DNA of 64,000 nucleotides. It comes from an uncultured Actinomycetota bacterium (GTDB lineage: Bacteria > Actinomycetota > Actinomycetes > DATJPE01). How positions within the stretch are numbered: position 1 is the first letter of the stretch; the number at the start of each line of letters is the position of its first letter. Positions 19,829 through 29,446 of this stretch are shown here, in pieces. Both the position numbers and the translations under genes were made by a program. A model generated the notes under the pieces. The model had not been told where the DNA came from. It saw only the letters and a list, made by a program, of their open reading frames with translations, and made no database searches. The stretch is from positions 355,738-419,737 of the forward strand of contig CAWDUP010000004.1 of assembly GCA_963805505.1 (NCBI GenBank), in the 5' to 3' direction.

Positions 19829-21856
19829 ATGCCCGAGGACCGCACGCCCAGCGGCGTCGCCGATCCCGACACGACGCTCCGGCAGGAGCAGGCCTTCTTG
19901 GCCAAAGCCCGCGATGACCTGGCAACGATGCGCGAGCGGGTGCTGGCTCTCGAGGCGGTCGGGGGCGACGCGATCTCCGACGGCTACCTCGCCGCCACGC
20001 TCGAACAACGCGCCCGCGCCCTCGTCGACAACCCGGACGTCCCACTGTTCTTCGGCCGCATCGATACCGGGTCGGGGCGATGGCACATCGGTCGGCGGCA
20101 CGTCCAAGACCAGGTTGGCGAGCCGGTCGTCGTCGACTGGCGGGCCGACGTCTCACTCGCCTTCTATCGCGCCACCAGAACCGAACCGATGGGCGTGGGG
20201 CTGCGCCGCCGCTACGGCTTCGAAGGTGGCCGACTCACCGCGTACGAGGACGAACACCTCACCGACTCCAGCGAGACCGCCCGACGCAGCGCGATCCTGG
20301 CCGGGGAGATCGAACGTCCCCGGACCGGGCCGATGCGCGACATCGTCGCGACCATCCAGCCCGAGCAGGACGCGCTGGTCCGTGCTGACCTCGACGAGTC
20401 ACTGTGCATTCAAGGGGCGCCCGGCACCGGGAAGACAGCCGTCGGGCTGCACCGGATCGCCTTCCTGGTCTACACCTTCCGCGAGCGACTACGCCGAAGC
20501 GGGGTGCTGGTCATCGGCCCCAACCGGGCCTTCCTCTCCTACATCGCCCAGGTGCTCCCCGCGCTCGGCGAGTACGAGGTGGAACAAACCACCGTGGAGC
20601 AGCTCACCGGCGTAGATCGGCTGCGCCTTCGCGCCGACGAGTCGGCTGAGGTGGCGCAGCTCAAGGGTGACGCCCGGATGGCAACGGTCCTGCGCCGGGC
20701 GGTCTGGTCCCACGTGCGACCACCCACCGAAGCGCTGGTCGTGACCCTCGGATCCAGGCGCTGGCGAGTCCCGACCTCGCAGGCGGCGAGGGCCGTCGAT
20801 GCGCTACGCGAACGAGACGTGCGGTACGGCGCCGGCCGAGCGGTTCTGGGGCAGCGGCTGGCCCACGAAGTGCTCGTCGCCATGGAACGGCAAGGGATGG
20901 TCACAGACGACCGTGACCAGGACCGAGTAGCCCGCACCAGGGACATGAAGGCGTACGTCGACACGATCTGGCCCCGCCTGGACGCGACCAAGCTGGTGAT
21001 GCGGCTGCTGGGCGAGGAGGGGCTGCTCGAGGACAGCGCCCAGGGCGTCCTGACCCCGGAGGAGATCACTGCCCTGCGTTGGGCCAAACCTGCGCGCGGC
21101 CCGGCCTCGGCTCGTTGGGCACCGGCCGACACGGTGCTCATCGACGAGGTGGCTGACCTGATCGAGCGCACTCCGAGCCTTGGCCACGTCGTGCTCGACG
21201 AAGCGCAGGACCTTTCACCCATGCAGCTGCGGGCGGTGGGGCGGCGTGCCAGCACCGGCTCGATCACGGTGCTCGGCGATCTGGCTCAGGGCACGACGAC
21301 CTGGGCGGCAACCAGCTGGCCCGAAGCGTTGGCGCATCTCGGGCATCCGCGCGCGCAGATAGCCGACCTGACCAGAGGCTTTCGGGTCCCCGCAGCGGTT
21401 ATCGACTTCGCCGCTCGGCTGTTGCCACACCTCGATGTCCAGCTCGACCCACCCACATCGGTACGCGACGACCCAGGGATGCTCCAGGTCGTACCTGCTC
21501 AGTCACTGTCCGAGTCAGTGGTCGCGGCGTGCCAAGCAGTCCTGGGCGAGCCGGGGTCGGTCGGAGTGATCTGCGCTGACGCTGTGGTCAGCGACGTCGC
21601 TGGTTGGCTGGTGGATGCGGCACTCGCGCCCGTAGTCCTGGGCGAGGAGATGACCTACGCCGCGGATCTCACGGTCGTGCCCGCCACGCTGGCCAAGGGC
21701 CTTGAGTTCGACCATGTGGTCGTCGTCGAACCAGCGGCGATCGCGACAGCCGAGCCGCGCGGCCTCAACCGCCTCTACGTCGTCCTGACCCGCGCCGTAT
21801 CCAGCCTGACCGTCGTCCACGAACACCCGCTGCCCCCCGAGCTCGCATCGGGCTAG
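19829..21856 (+). CDS. helD: HelD-type UvrD-like helicase (RNA polymerase-associated)
   Basis: Walker A IQGAPGTGKTAVGLHR, VLDEAQDLSP, and C-terminal GLEFDHVVVV. The N-terminal coiled region is typical of HelD. Confidence 0.82.
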   Translation: MPEDRTPSGVADPDTTLRQEQAFLAKARDDLATMRERVLALEAVGGDAISDGYLAATLEQRARALVDNPDVPLFFGRIDTGSGRWHIGRRHVQDQVGEPVVVDWRADVSLAFYRATRTEPMGVGLRRRYGFEGGRLTAYEDEHLTDSSETARRSAILAGEIERPRTGPMRDIVATIQPEQDALVRADLDESLCIQGAPGTGKTAVGLHRIAFLVYTFRERLRRSGVLVIGPNRAFLSYIAQVLPALGEYEVEQTTVEQLTGVDRLRLRADESAEVAQLKGDARMATVLRRAVWSHVRPPTEALVVTLGSRRWRVPTSQAARAVDALRERDVRYGAGRAVLGQRLAHEVLVAMERQGMVTDDRDQDRVARTRDMKAYVDTIWPRLDATKLVMRLLGEEGLLEDSAQGVLTPEEITALRWAKPARGPASARWAPADTVLIDEVADLIERTPSLGHVVLDEAQDLSPMQLRAVGRRASTGSITVLGDLAQGTTTWAATSWPEALAHLGHPRAQIADLTRGFRVPAAVIDFAARLLPHLDVQLDPPTSVRDDPGMLQVVPAQSLSESVVAACQAVLGEPGSVGVICADAVVSDVAGWLVDAALAPVVLGEEMTYAADLTVVPATLAKGLEFDHVVVVEPAAIATAEPRGLNRLYVVLTRAVSSLTVVHEHPLPPELASG

Positions 21857-23281
21857 TCAGCTGGAGGCAGCCGGCTGGCCGCGAAGAGCGATCGCGAAGG
21901 TCTCCAGGTTGGCGACGAAGCGGGCGACGTCTTCGTCGGTGTGCTGGACCGACATGGTCCACTGCTCGCACTTGCCCCACGGCGGCAAGAACACGTGGCC
22001 GTTGTGCTGGAAGAGCCAGTGGGCGTTTCCCCATTGGTCGTCATAGCCGAGGAAGTCACGGTAGTCGTTGAGGCGATTGGTGAAAATCACTGCGCCCTTG
22101 GTCCCGAAGGACTGCACGTAGCCAGGCAGGTTGTAGCGCCTCAGCACGTCCTCGCAGCCGGCCACCTGTGCTGTCCGGAGTCGGTCGAACTCGACGTACG
22201 CCTCCGGCGTCAGGACGTCTTCGAGCATGGCCCGGGCCGCCGCCATCGTCAGCGGGTTGCCGTTGAACGTCCCCACCTGCTCGTAGGTCCGATTGGCGAC
22301 CAGCTCCATGATCTCGGGCACTGCACCAACCGCCCCGCAGGGCAGCCCACCCCCCATGGCCTTCGCGAGGCACACGATGTCCGGCGTTACTCCAGACAGC
22401 TCGATCGCCCCACCGAAGGCAACCCCGAAACCGGTCTTCACCTCGTCGAAGGTGAGGTAGGCACCATGAGCGTGCAGCAGCTCCTTCAGGGACTGCAGGT
22501 AGCCGGGCGGCGGGGGGATCATGCCGATGTTCATCATGATCGGTTCCACGATCATCCCCGCGATCTCGCCGGGGTTCTCGATCAGGACCCGCTCGACCGC
22601 CTCGAGGTTTCCGAAGGGCACGATGATCGTGAGGTCTGCCACGGCCTGCGGGATCGAGGCCGCGGCGCGCACCGACTTGGGACGATCCACGGGACCGACC
22701 TGGTCGTCCTCCGGATAGACCGACACCTGAGCAGAGTCGTGGTGCCCGTGATAGCTGCCCTCGACTTTGATCACCTTGTCGCGGCCGGTCGCGATGCGCA
22801 TCAGATGGAAGGCGTCCATGGTCGACTCGGTGCCCGAGTTGTTGTAGCGCCACAACGGGATGCCGTAACGGCGGGTCAGCTCACGAGACACTGGGATGAC
22901 GTCTTCGGTGGGCTGGGCGAAGTGCGTCCCGAGCTTGACCCGCTTGGTCACGGCTTCGACGATCGCGGGATGGGCATGGCCGGCCAGGCCAACGCCGAAG
23001 CCACCGTGGAAGTCGGAGTACTCGAACCCGTCGACGTCCCAAACCCGTGATCCGGTCCCGTGGCTGACCCAGATCGCCGCCGGCGGTGCGTCCTGCCAGG
23101 ACGAGGCGACTCCGCCAGCCAGCGAGGCACGGGCCTCCTCCCGCAACGCCTGTGAGACGGCCGTCCGCTCGAGCAGGGCGGCCTCCTGCTCCTCGATCAG
23201 CACGTCCATCCGCGCGAGGTCGGCCGCCCCGGTGTGCTCCTGGACTGGGACCTCGAAGGTCGAAGCGTCTGTGAGCGTCAC
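21857..23281 (-). CDS. class-III (omega) aminotransferase
   Basis: GSRVWDVDG, NSGTEST, DEVKTGFG, and CLAKAMGGGLP with the PLP lysine. The GTG start overlaps the upstream stop (GTGA at 23278-23281). Confidence 0.85.
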   Translation of the reverse strand: MTLTDASTFEVPVQEHTGAADLARMDVLIEEQEAALLERTAVSQALREEARASLAGGVASSWQDAPPAAIWVSHGTGSRVWDVDGFEYSDFHGGFGVGLAGHAHPAIVEAVTKRVKLGTHFAQPTEDVIPVSRELTRRYGIPLWRYNNSGTESTMDAFHLMRIATGRDKVIKVEGSYHGHHDSAQVSVYPEDDQVGPVDRPKSVRAAASIPQAVADLTIIVPFGNLEAVERVLIENPGEIAGMIVEPIMMNIGMIPPPPGYLQSLKELLHAHGAYLTFDEVKTGFGVAFGGAIELSGVTPDIVCLAKAMGGGLPCGAVGAVPEIMELVANRTYEQVGTFNGNPLTMAAARAMLEDVLTPEAYVEFDRLRTAQVAGCEDVLRRYNLPGYVQSFGTKGAVIFTNRLNDYRDFLGYDDQWGNAHWLFQHNGHVFLPPWGKCEQWTMSVQHTDEDVARFVANLETFAIALRGQPAASS

Positions 23282-24507
23282 TGTCGGGCTCCTTCCTGGG
23301 CGGCCAGGGAGCGTTGCGAAACCGGCGGTGGCTCGGCAGAGATCGGCGTGCCGTCCCGATAGGCGCGGGCCACCTGCTGGGTGAAGGCTTGCACGACGAT
23401 CTCGTGGAAGCTGGAGAACGGACCAGGGACGAACGACCGCGCAGTCACCCCGCGCTGAACCGACTCGCACGCGGTCCAGTCCTGCCGGTTGGTGAGATCC
23501 CAGAAGTCCACGGCGTAGGAGGGGTCGAAGTCTGGCAACGCGAAGGCCTCGGCGGGGAACAGCCACTGGCACTCCACCTTGGTACGGCCAGGGGATACCG
23601 GCTCCATGCGGTGAGTCATCACGTAGTCAGGGTGCAGGCTCACCAGCAGATTCGGGGTCACCTGCAGGTAGATGACGTCGCGAAGCCGTTCTGAGGGCAC
23701 GCTCGGGATCGGCACCCCGTGCGACGCACCGTCGAGGGACATCGTCTCCTTGCCCTCGATCAGCTCCATGTCTCCACCGATCCAGGACCCTTGCCCCAGC
23801 ATCGAGTCGCCAGACGTGGGGGACGAGACGCGGCACAGCTCGGGGTGGATCGATGAGCAGTGGAAGCACTCGTGGTAGTTCTCCACGATCAGCTTCCAGT
23901 TCGCCTCGAGCTCGTAGGAGTGCGTCGCAGCCACCGTGAGCGAGTCACAGCTGTAGCGGTCGAAGATCTCGTCCAGCCCCTCGAAGTGCTCAGCCAACGG
24001 GGCAGCGTCGCCGGAGAGATTGACCATCACGAAGCCTTGCCACTCCTCGATCCGGACCGGGTTCAGCGAGAACGGACTGCGATCGGGGACGTCGTCCCGG
24101 TGCAGCGGCGGGACCCCCTTGAGCTCGCCCTCGAAGCCGTACACCCAAGCGTGGTAGGGGCACACGATCGCCTTGCCGGTCGTGGCCCCTCCGCACGGAA
24201 GCAGCTCGTGACCGCGGTGGCGGCAGGAGTTCGAAAAGCCGCGCAGCACCCCGTCGCTCCCCCGCACCAGCAGAACACCCTCGTCGCCGACGGCGATGGC
24301 CCGCTGCTGCCCGAGCTCGGCCAGCGCGTCGGCCCGGCCGGCACAGACCCAGCCACGGCGGAAGAAGAAGTCGCGCTCCCAGGTGAGGACCTCGGCATCG
24401 ACGTACGCCTCGCGTGGAAGCATGGTGCCGCTCGACTCGAGGTCGAGCACGGTCGCAAGCCGGTCAGCCGCGATCGGCGCGGGGCTTGCTACGGGGGCGC
24501 TGCTCAT
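23278..24507 (-). CDS. Rieske non-heme iron oxygenase, alpha-subunit type
   Basis: Rieske ligands CRHRGH...CPYHAW. Mononuclear iron block ENYHECFHCSSIHP. Confidence 0.85.
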   Translation of the reverse strand: MSSAPVASPAPIAADRLATVLDLESSGTMLPREAYVDAEVLTWERDFFFRRGWVCAGRADALAELGQQRAIAVGDEGVLLVRGSDGVLRGFSNSCRHRGHELLPCGGATTGKAIVCPYHAWVYGFEGELKGVPPLHRDDVPDRSPFSLNPVRIEEWQGFVMVNLSGDAAPLAEHFEGLDEIFDRYSCDSLTVAATHSYELEANWKLIVENYHECFHCSSIHPELCRVSSPTSGDSMLGQGSWIGGDMELIEGKETMSLDGASHGVPIPSVPSERLRDVIYLQVTPNLLVSLHPDYVMTHRMEPVSPGRTKVECQWLFPAEAFALPDFDPSYAVDFWDLTNRQDWTACESVQRGVTARSFVPGPFSSFHEIVVQAFTQQVARAYRDGTPISAEPPPVSQRSLAAQEGARQ

Positions 24508-24521
24508 CGATTTCCTTCCCT

Positions 24522-26165
24522 TCAGGCAGAACGGCGGAAGCGACGACGCTTGCGGTCACTGAGCATCTTCGAGCTACAGAGATACCCGGCGATCCCGGTC
24601 ACTCCACCTCCGCCATGGGTGGCCGAGGAACACTGGTAGAGCCCATCGATCGGCGTCGTGTAGTCGCTGTAACCGGGCGCCGGACGCATGTGGAACAGCT
24701 GTTCGGGGGTGAGCTCCCCGTGGAAGATGTTCCCACCGATGAGCCCGTACTCGTGCTCCATCTCATAAGGCCCGATGACCTGTCGGTGCAGCACCTGCTT
24801 CTTGAAGCCGGGTGCCAGCTTGTCGTAGAGGTCGATGACCCGATCAGCGTAGGCCGCAAGCTCCTCTGGGTGCGACTCGTCGCTCCACGTGTGTGGCACC
24901 CACTGGGTGAACATGGACATGACGTTGGTGCCGTCCGGGCACAGCGTCCGGTCCACCGTCGACGGGATCACCGTGTCACTGAAGGGCGCTGTTGCCGCCT
25001 TGCCGGAGCGAGCCTCCTGGAACGCGGTCTCGACGTATTCGAGGGAGTCACACAGCTCGAGCACACCTGTGTAGTCCTCGGGCGCCAGGTCGGGCGCCGA
25101 GGCGAACTTCGGCAGGCCTTCGATGGCCAGGTTGATCTTCACCGTGCCGCTGCGGGACTTCCACCGCTCGATGTCCTCGACGAAGTCGGACGGAAGATCG
25201 CGCCGATCGAGCTGGCGAAGGAAGGTGATCTGGGGATGGGTCGCCGCCACGACCAGGTCTGCCTTGATCTCGGTCCCGTCGGCCAGTGCGACCCCTACCG
25301 CTTTGCCGCCCTGCACCAAGATCCGCTCGACGGGCGCGTTGGTCCGGATCTCGGCGCCGAAGGCGCGTGCGCTGCTCGCGATCGACGCGGACACCGCTCC
25401 CATCCCGCCGACGGGATACCCCCAGGAACCCATGGTGCCGCTCATGGATCCGTCACCGACGTCGCCGATGGAGTGGTGCAGCATGACGTACGCCGTACCG
25501 GGCTCGCAGGGTCCGGCCCAGGTGCCGATCACGCCGTTGATGGCCATCATCCCTTTGACCTCGGGCGACTCGAACCAGTCGTCGAGCAGGTCGGCGATGC
25601 TCATAGTGAACAAGCGCGTGGTGTCTCCCACCTTGCGTACGTCGAGGCCACGCATGCCCCAGGCCAGCCTGAGCTGGTCGAGGAGGTCGCCGGGTCGCTT
25701 GGAGCCCACCTTGGGGGGGCTCTTCATGAGCAGCGGCGACAAGACGTCGGCGATGCCCTTCAGCCACGCCTCGTACTTCGGGAACGCGTCAGCGTCCTTG
25801 GCGGAGAACTTGCTGAGCTCCTTGTGGTCGTTGGCGTGGTCGCCGTTGAGCAGCATCGACCGACCGTCGGGGAAGGGGATGAAGCTCGGCCCCATCGGGA
25901 TGACGTGATAGCCGTGCTCGGGCAGGCGCAGCTCCCGCAGGATCTGCCCGGGCATCAGGCTCATGACATAGGACAGCGCGGTGATCTTGAACTCCGGTCC
26001 CCAGGGAGTCTCGGTCGTCGCTGCACCGCCGAGGTTGCCTCTTGCTTCCAGGACGAGTGGCTTCAGCCCGGCCCGCGCCAGATACGCCGCCGTGACCAGT
26101 CCGTTGTGCCCTCCTCCGACGATGATCGCGTCATAACTGCCGCGTGCGGTGCCCGTGCCGGTCAC
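24522..26165 (-). CDS. FAD-dependent oxidoreductase, phytoene-desaturase/amine-oxidase superfamily
   Basis: Dinucleotide fold YDAIIVGGGHNGLVTAAYLARAG. ~545 aa. GTG at 26165 follows GAAGGGA. The longer ORF (to 26216) would run into the operator site. Confidence 0.85.
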   Translation of the reverse strand: MTGTGTARGSYDAIIVGGGHNGLVTAAYLARAGLKPLVLEARGNLGGAATTETPWGPEFKITALSYVMSLMPGQILRELRLPEHGYHVIPMGPSFIPFPDGRSMLLNGDHANDHKELSKFSAKDADAFPKYEAWLKGIADVLSPLLMKSPPKVGSKRPGDLLDQLRLAWGMRGLDVRKVGDTTRLFTMSIADLLDDWFESPEVKGMMAINGVIGTWAGPCEPGTAYVMLHHSIGDVGDGSMSGTMGSWGYPVGGMGAVSASIASSARAFGAEIRTNAPVERILVQGGKAVGVALADGTEIKADLVVAATHPQITFLRQLDRRDLPSDFVEDIERWKSRSGTVKINLAIEGLPKFASAPDLAPEDYTGVLELCDSLEYVETAFQEARSGKAATAPFSDTVIPSTVDRTLCPDGTNVMSMFTQWVPHTWSDESHPEELAAYADRVIDLYDKLAPGFKKQVLHRQVIGPYEMEHEYGLIGGNIFHGELTPEQLFHMRPAPGYSDYTTPIDGLYQCSSATHGGGGVTGIAGYLCSSKMLSDRKRRRFRRSA

Positions 26166-26221
26166 GAGAGTTCCCTTCGTTGGCGCGGCCTCACGCCCCG
26201 AGGCTCGCTGGAGCACAGCCT

Positions 26222-26241
26222 AACTGAACGACCAGTCAGTT
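26222..26241. promoter_or_regulatory. palindromic operator candidate, site 1 (AACTGAACGACCAGTCAGTT)
   Basis: It lies in the 95-nt gap between the MFS-cNMP stop and the oxidoreductase start. 17/20 identical to site 3. Confidence 0.5.
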
Positions 26242-26260
26242 TGGCAAGCGGGAACGCGCG

Positions 26261-27958
26261 TCAGTAGGTCGGGATCCGTCGAGCGATCAGATCGTCCGCG
26301 CGTCCGGACACCTCGCTGTCGCCAGTGACGGCGGAGAGGAAGTCATCCCTCTCGAGGTAGAGCAGGACGCAGTCCTCATCCGCAGTGACCGTCGCTGTCC
26401 GTGGCACATCACGCAGCAGCGCGATCTCGCCGAACGGATCACCGGGGCCGGCTGTCGACAGGGTCTCGCCGGCAAAACTAGCTGTCACCCGGCCGGTCTC
26501 GACGACGTAGAAGCGGTCACCGGGCTCGCCTTCACCGATGATGACCTCGCCAGCGGGCACCTCGCGGCGGCCCAGCTGTTGGGCCACGAGCTCCAGCGAC
26601 TTCGGTTCAAGCGGTGAGAACAGCGGCACTCTGCGCAGCACCGCCAGTCCTTCCGGCTCGCCGAGCGTCTTGTCCAAGCGGCGCAGGCGGACCATCGCAG
26701 GGGTCACGATGATCGCGATGAACAGGGCCAGCACCGCAAGGGACCAGCGAAGCCCCCACAGATGGACCATCACCGGCATCGCGACCGAACCCAGGGCCAT
26801 CGCTGTGATCAAACCGGTCTCCAGCGCGCCGAAGACCCGCCCCATCACCTGATCATCGGCCAGCCGCTGAATGATGGTCGACGCGTTGACGTCGACGATG
26901 GGGTTGGCGAACCCGATGATGAACATCGCTAGGAACGCGGCCCAGAGCTCTGGCCAGATCGCGGCGAGCAGGAGTGGCAGCGCCCAGAAGATGACGCCGA
27001 AGCCGAAGTCCGTGGCCAGCTTGCGGGCTGATGCGCGACCGATGGCGACGAGGCCACCCAGGACCGCGCCGACGCCGAGCACGCTGTCGAGATAGCCGAC
27101 GCCCTTCGGACCGAAGTCGGTCATCTGAACGGCGATCTCCACGCTGAACACGATCGACGCACCGGCCACGATCGTCTGGGCGCAGTAGACGAGCGTGACC
27201 AACAGCAGGTCCCGGTTGCGCGCGATGACCTTGAAGCCTGCCATGGACTCGGAGATGAACCCGCCTTCGTCGGCATCCTCGCCACGGCCGGAATCAGCGG
27301 CGCCATCAGCCCCCTCGTCCGCAGCCTTGACCTCAACCTCGGCGACAGGTGGCACCCGAATGCGCGAAACGATCCCCGCCGACCAGAGGAAGGTCGCCGC
27401 GTTGAAGACGAGGACGGCCGGCACCGAGAAGGCGGTGATCAGGATGCCGCCGAGGGCCGGTCCGACGAAGAAGGCCAGGCTTTCGATCGTGCTGGCCGTC
27501 CCGTTGGCGGCGGTGAGCTCCTCCGGGCGCGAGACCAGTTTCGGAAGCAGCGCCGCCACAGCCGGTCGGAACGGGGCGGCGACCAGCGAGGTCAGCGTGG
27601 CCAACACGAAGACGAAGCCAGCTGGGGCGTCCCCCCAGATGAGCAGCGCCGACCCCAACACCATGAGGCCCCGAAGCAGATCTGTCGTGACCATCACGGC
27701 TTTGCGCGAATACCTGTCGACGATGGCCGAGGCGAACGGAGTCACGACGGCCATCAGCAGCAGCCGAACGGTTCCCCAGATGCCGACCGCGGTGACACCA
27801 CCGACGTCATAGGCCCACACCACGATCGCCGTCGCATAGGCCCAGTCGCCGATCGCGGAGCCTGCGAAGGCCATGTTGATTCGGCGAAGACCGGGATTCT
27901 TGAAGACCGTCGAGAGCGAGGAGCCGGTCTCGCTCAGCGCCGAACCAACTTTGGACAT
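26261..27958 (-). CDS. MFS transporter fused to a C-terminal cyclic-nucleotide-binding domain
   Basis: ~12 hydrophobic helices, then a cNMP domain: PLFSPLEPKSLELVAQ...GDRFYVVETG...GDPFGEIALLRDVPRTATV. ATG at 27958 follows GGGGGAG. The rest of the 984-aa track ORF is antisense to the next gene. Confidence 0.85.
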   Translation of the reverse strand: MSKVGSALSETGSSLSTVFKNPGLRRINMAFAGSAIGDWAYATAIVVWAYDVGGVTAVGIWGTVRLLLMAVVTPFASAIVDRYSRKAVMVTTDLLRGLMVLGSALLIWGDAPAGFVFVLATLTSLVAAPFRPAVAALLPKLVSRPEELTAANGTASTIESLAFFVGPALGGILITAFSVPAVLVFNAATFLWSAGIVSRIRVPPVAEVEVKAADEGADGAADSGRGEDADEGGFISESMAGFKVIARNRDLLLVTLVYCAQTIVAGASIVFSVEIAVQMTDFGPKGVGYLDSVLGVGAVLGGLVAIGRASARKLATDFGFGVIFWALPLLLAAIWPELWAAFLAMFIIGFANPIVDVNASTIIQRLADDQVMGRVFGALETGLITAMALGSVAMPVMVHLWGLRWSLAVLALFIAIIVTPAMVRLRRLDKTLGEPEGLAVLRRVPLFSPLEPKSLELVAQQLGRREVPAGEVIIGEGEPGDRFYVVETGRVTASFAGETLSTAGPGDPFGEIALLRDVPRTATVTADEDCVLLYLERDDFLSAVTGDSEVSGRADDLIARRIPTY

Positions 27959-28074
27959 GCACTCCCCCACTGCCGAGCCCGCGACCGCTACGCGAGACGA
28001 TGCGGGCTCGAACCTAGTGGTCTGGTCAGGTGTGCACCGTGCTTCCTCGATATTCACTTCTACACTGACCGAGT

Positions 28075-28094
28075 GTCTGACTGTCTGTTCAGTC
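28075..28094. promoter_or_regulatory. palindromic operator candidate, site 2 (minus strand GACTGAACAGACAGTCAGAC)
   Basis: 14/20 match to site 1. It is nested in the inverted repeat CACTGAC-N21-GTCAGTG (28064-28098) and ends 20 nt upstream of the acyl-CoA dehydrogenase GTG. Confidence 0.4.
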
Positions 28095-28114
28095 AGTGAG
28101 CCGAAAGGACCGCC

Positions 28115-29326
28115 GTGGACTTTGCCTACTCCCCAGAGCTCGCCGACCTGTCCGAGCGTGCGACCCGGCTGGTCGCGGCGATCGAGCCGTTCGAGCTGAG
28201 CTGCGAGCTCGAGAACGGCCTGGACGAGCAGGCGCACGAGACGATCGCCGACGCCGTACGGGCGCAGTCGCTGCACGCGATCAACATGCCTGCTGAGTGG
28301 GGTGGGCAGGGACTCACGCTGCTCGAACAGGTCGTGGTGCAGGAGCGGCTCGGTCGGTTGACCAACGCCCTGTGGGACTGCGTGTGGCGCCCCGCGAACG
28401 CACTCAAGGCGTGCAGCGACCAGCAGCGCGAGCGGTGGTTGCTGCCAGCGATCCAGGGGCGGCGCCGAGACGCCGTGGCGATCACTGAGGAGTTGGCCGG
28501 CAGTGACCCGCTGGCCATGCGAACGACCGCGCGGCGAGACGGGGATGACTGGGTGATCGATGGGGTCAAGTGGTTCGTGACCGTGGGGGACGTGGCCGAC
28601 TTCCTGCTCGTCCTCGCGCTCGCGGGCGAGAACCGGGACGCCACCATGTTCCTTGTCGACAAGGACACGCCGGGCGTCTCGATCGCCCGCACCCCGCGCT
28701 ACATGCATACGTTCGTCTACGAGCACCCCGAGTTCGTCCTGGACGGCGTCCGCGTCAGTGACGACCAGCGCCTGGGCGGCATCGGGCAGGGCTACGAGCT
28801 GACGCGGGACTGGTTCACCGAGGAGCGGCTGATGATCGGGGCCCGCACGATCGGCGCCGCTGAGCGAGCTCTGCAGGAGGCCACTGCGTGGGCGACGACA
28901 CGCGAACAAGGCGGCACGACGATCGCAAATCACCAGCTCATCCAAGGAATGCTCGCCGACTGCGCCGTCGACATCGCGACCAATCGGGCGCTCGTCCACC
29001 AGGTCGCCTGGGAGGCGAGTCGGGGAATGGACCGTAAGACGCTGCACGCCAAGGCTGCGCTGGTGAAGCTCGCTGCTTCCGAAGCGGCAGGGCGCGTCGT
29101 GGACCGATGCGTCCAGATCTTCGGGGGGCGTGGCTACCTGCGCGAATACCCGGTCGAGCGGCTCTACCGCGAGCTTCGCGTGGATCGGATCTGGGAGGGC
29201 ACCTCCGAGGTGCAACGCCTGATCATCGCCAACGAGATCGTCAAGCGCGGTACGGACACTCTGCTCTCCTTCACCAGGACGCCGACCACGCGCGACGATC
29301 AGCCTCCGAACAGGCCTGCACCCTGA
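28115..29326 (+). CDS. acyl-CoA dehydrogenase family flavoprotein
   Basis: Typical ACAD C-terminus: QIFGGRGYLREYPVERLYRELRVDRIWEGTSEVQRLIIA. Confidence 0.88.
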   Translation: MDFAYSPELADLSERATRLVAAIEPFELSCELENGLDEQAHETIADAVRAQSLHAINMPAEWGGQGLTLLEQVVVQERLGRLTNALWDCVWRPANALKACSDQQRERWLLPAIQGRRRDAVAITEELAGSDPLAMRTTARRDGDDWVIDGVKWFVTVGDVADFLLVLALAGENRDATMFLVDKDTPGVSIARTPRYMHTFVYEHPEFVLDGVRVSDDQRLGGIGQGYELTRDWFTEERLMIGARTIGAAERALQEATAWATTREQGGTTIANHQLIQGMLADCAVDIATNRALVHQVAWEASRGMDRKTLHAKAALVKLAASEAAGRVVDRCVQIFGGRGYLREYPVERLYRELRVDRIWEGTSEVQRLIIANEIVKRGTDTLLSFTRTPTTRDDQPPNRPAP

Positions 29327-29446
29327 GGTGGCTCAGACCACAGACTCATCACGATTTGGACCGCTTGAACCACAGGTCGAGCACCGTGACTGACAATGGT
29401 CCGCGAAGCCTGACCCTTGTCATCTACGCCTGATCTCGACACACTT

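Noticed and set aside
13455-21856. PP-loop ATPase, helicases, HD and DUF4031 genes as a candidate anti-phage defence island
   Set aside because: This gene set and order (csp, DUF3027, XPB pair, HD, DUF4031, HelD) is conserved core synteny in actinobacteria. No nuclease/NTPase/methylase modules typical of defence systems are present.
21854-21859. Abutting convergent stop codons (TAG-TCA) of helD and the aminotransferase. A similar 1-nt gap occurs at 34389/34391.
   Set aside because: The window is tightly packed overall, with many 4-nt overlaps and short gaps. This alone is not evidence of an island boundary or of special regulation.
27959-29215. N-terminal 419 codons of the 984-aa ORF containing the MFS-cNMP gene
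   Set aside because: This part is antisense to the well-supported acyl-CoA dehydrogenase gene. The MFS protein has its own RBS and ATG at 27958.
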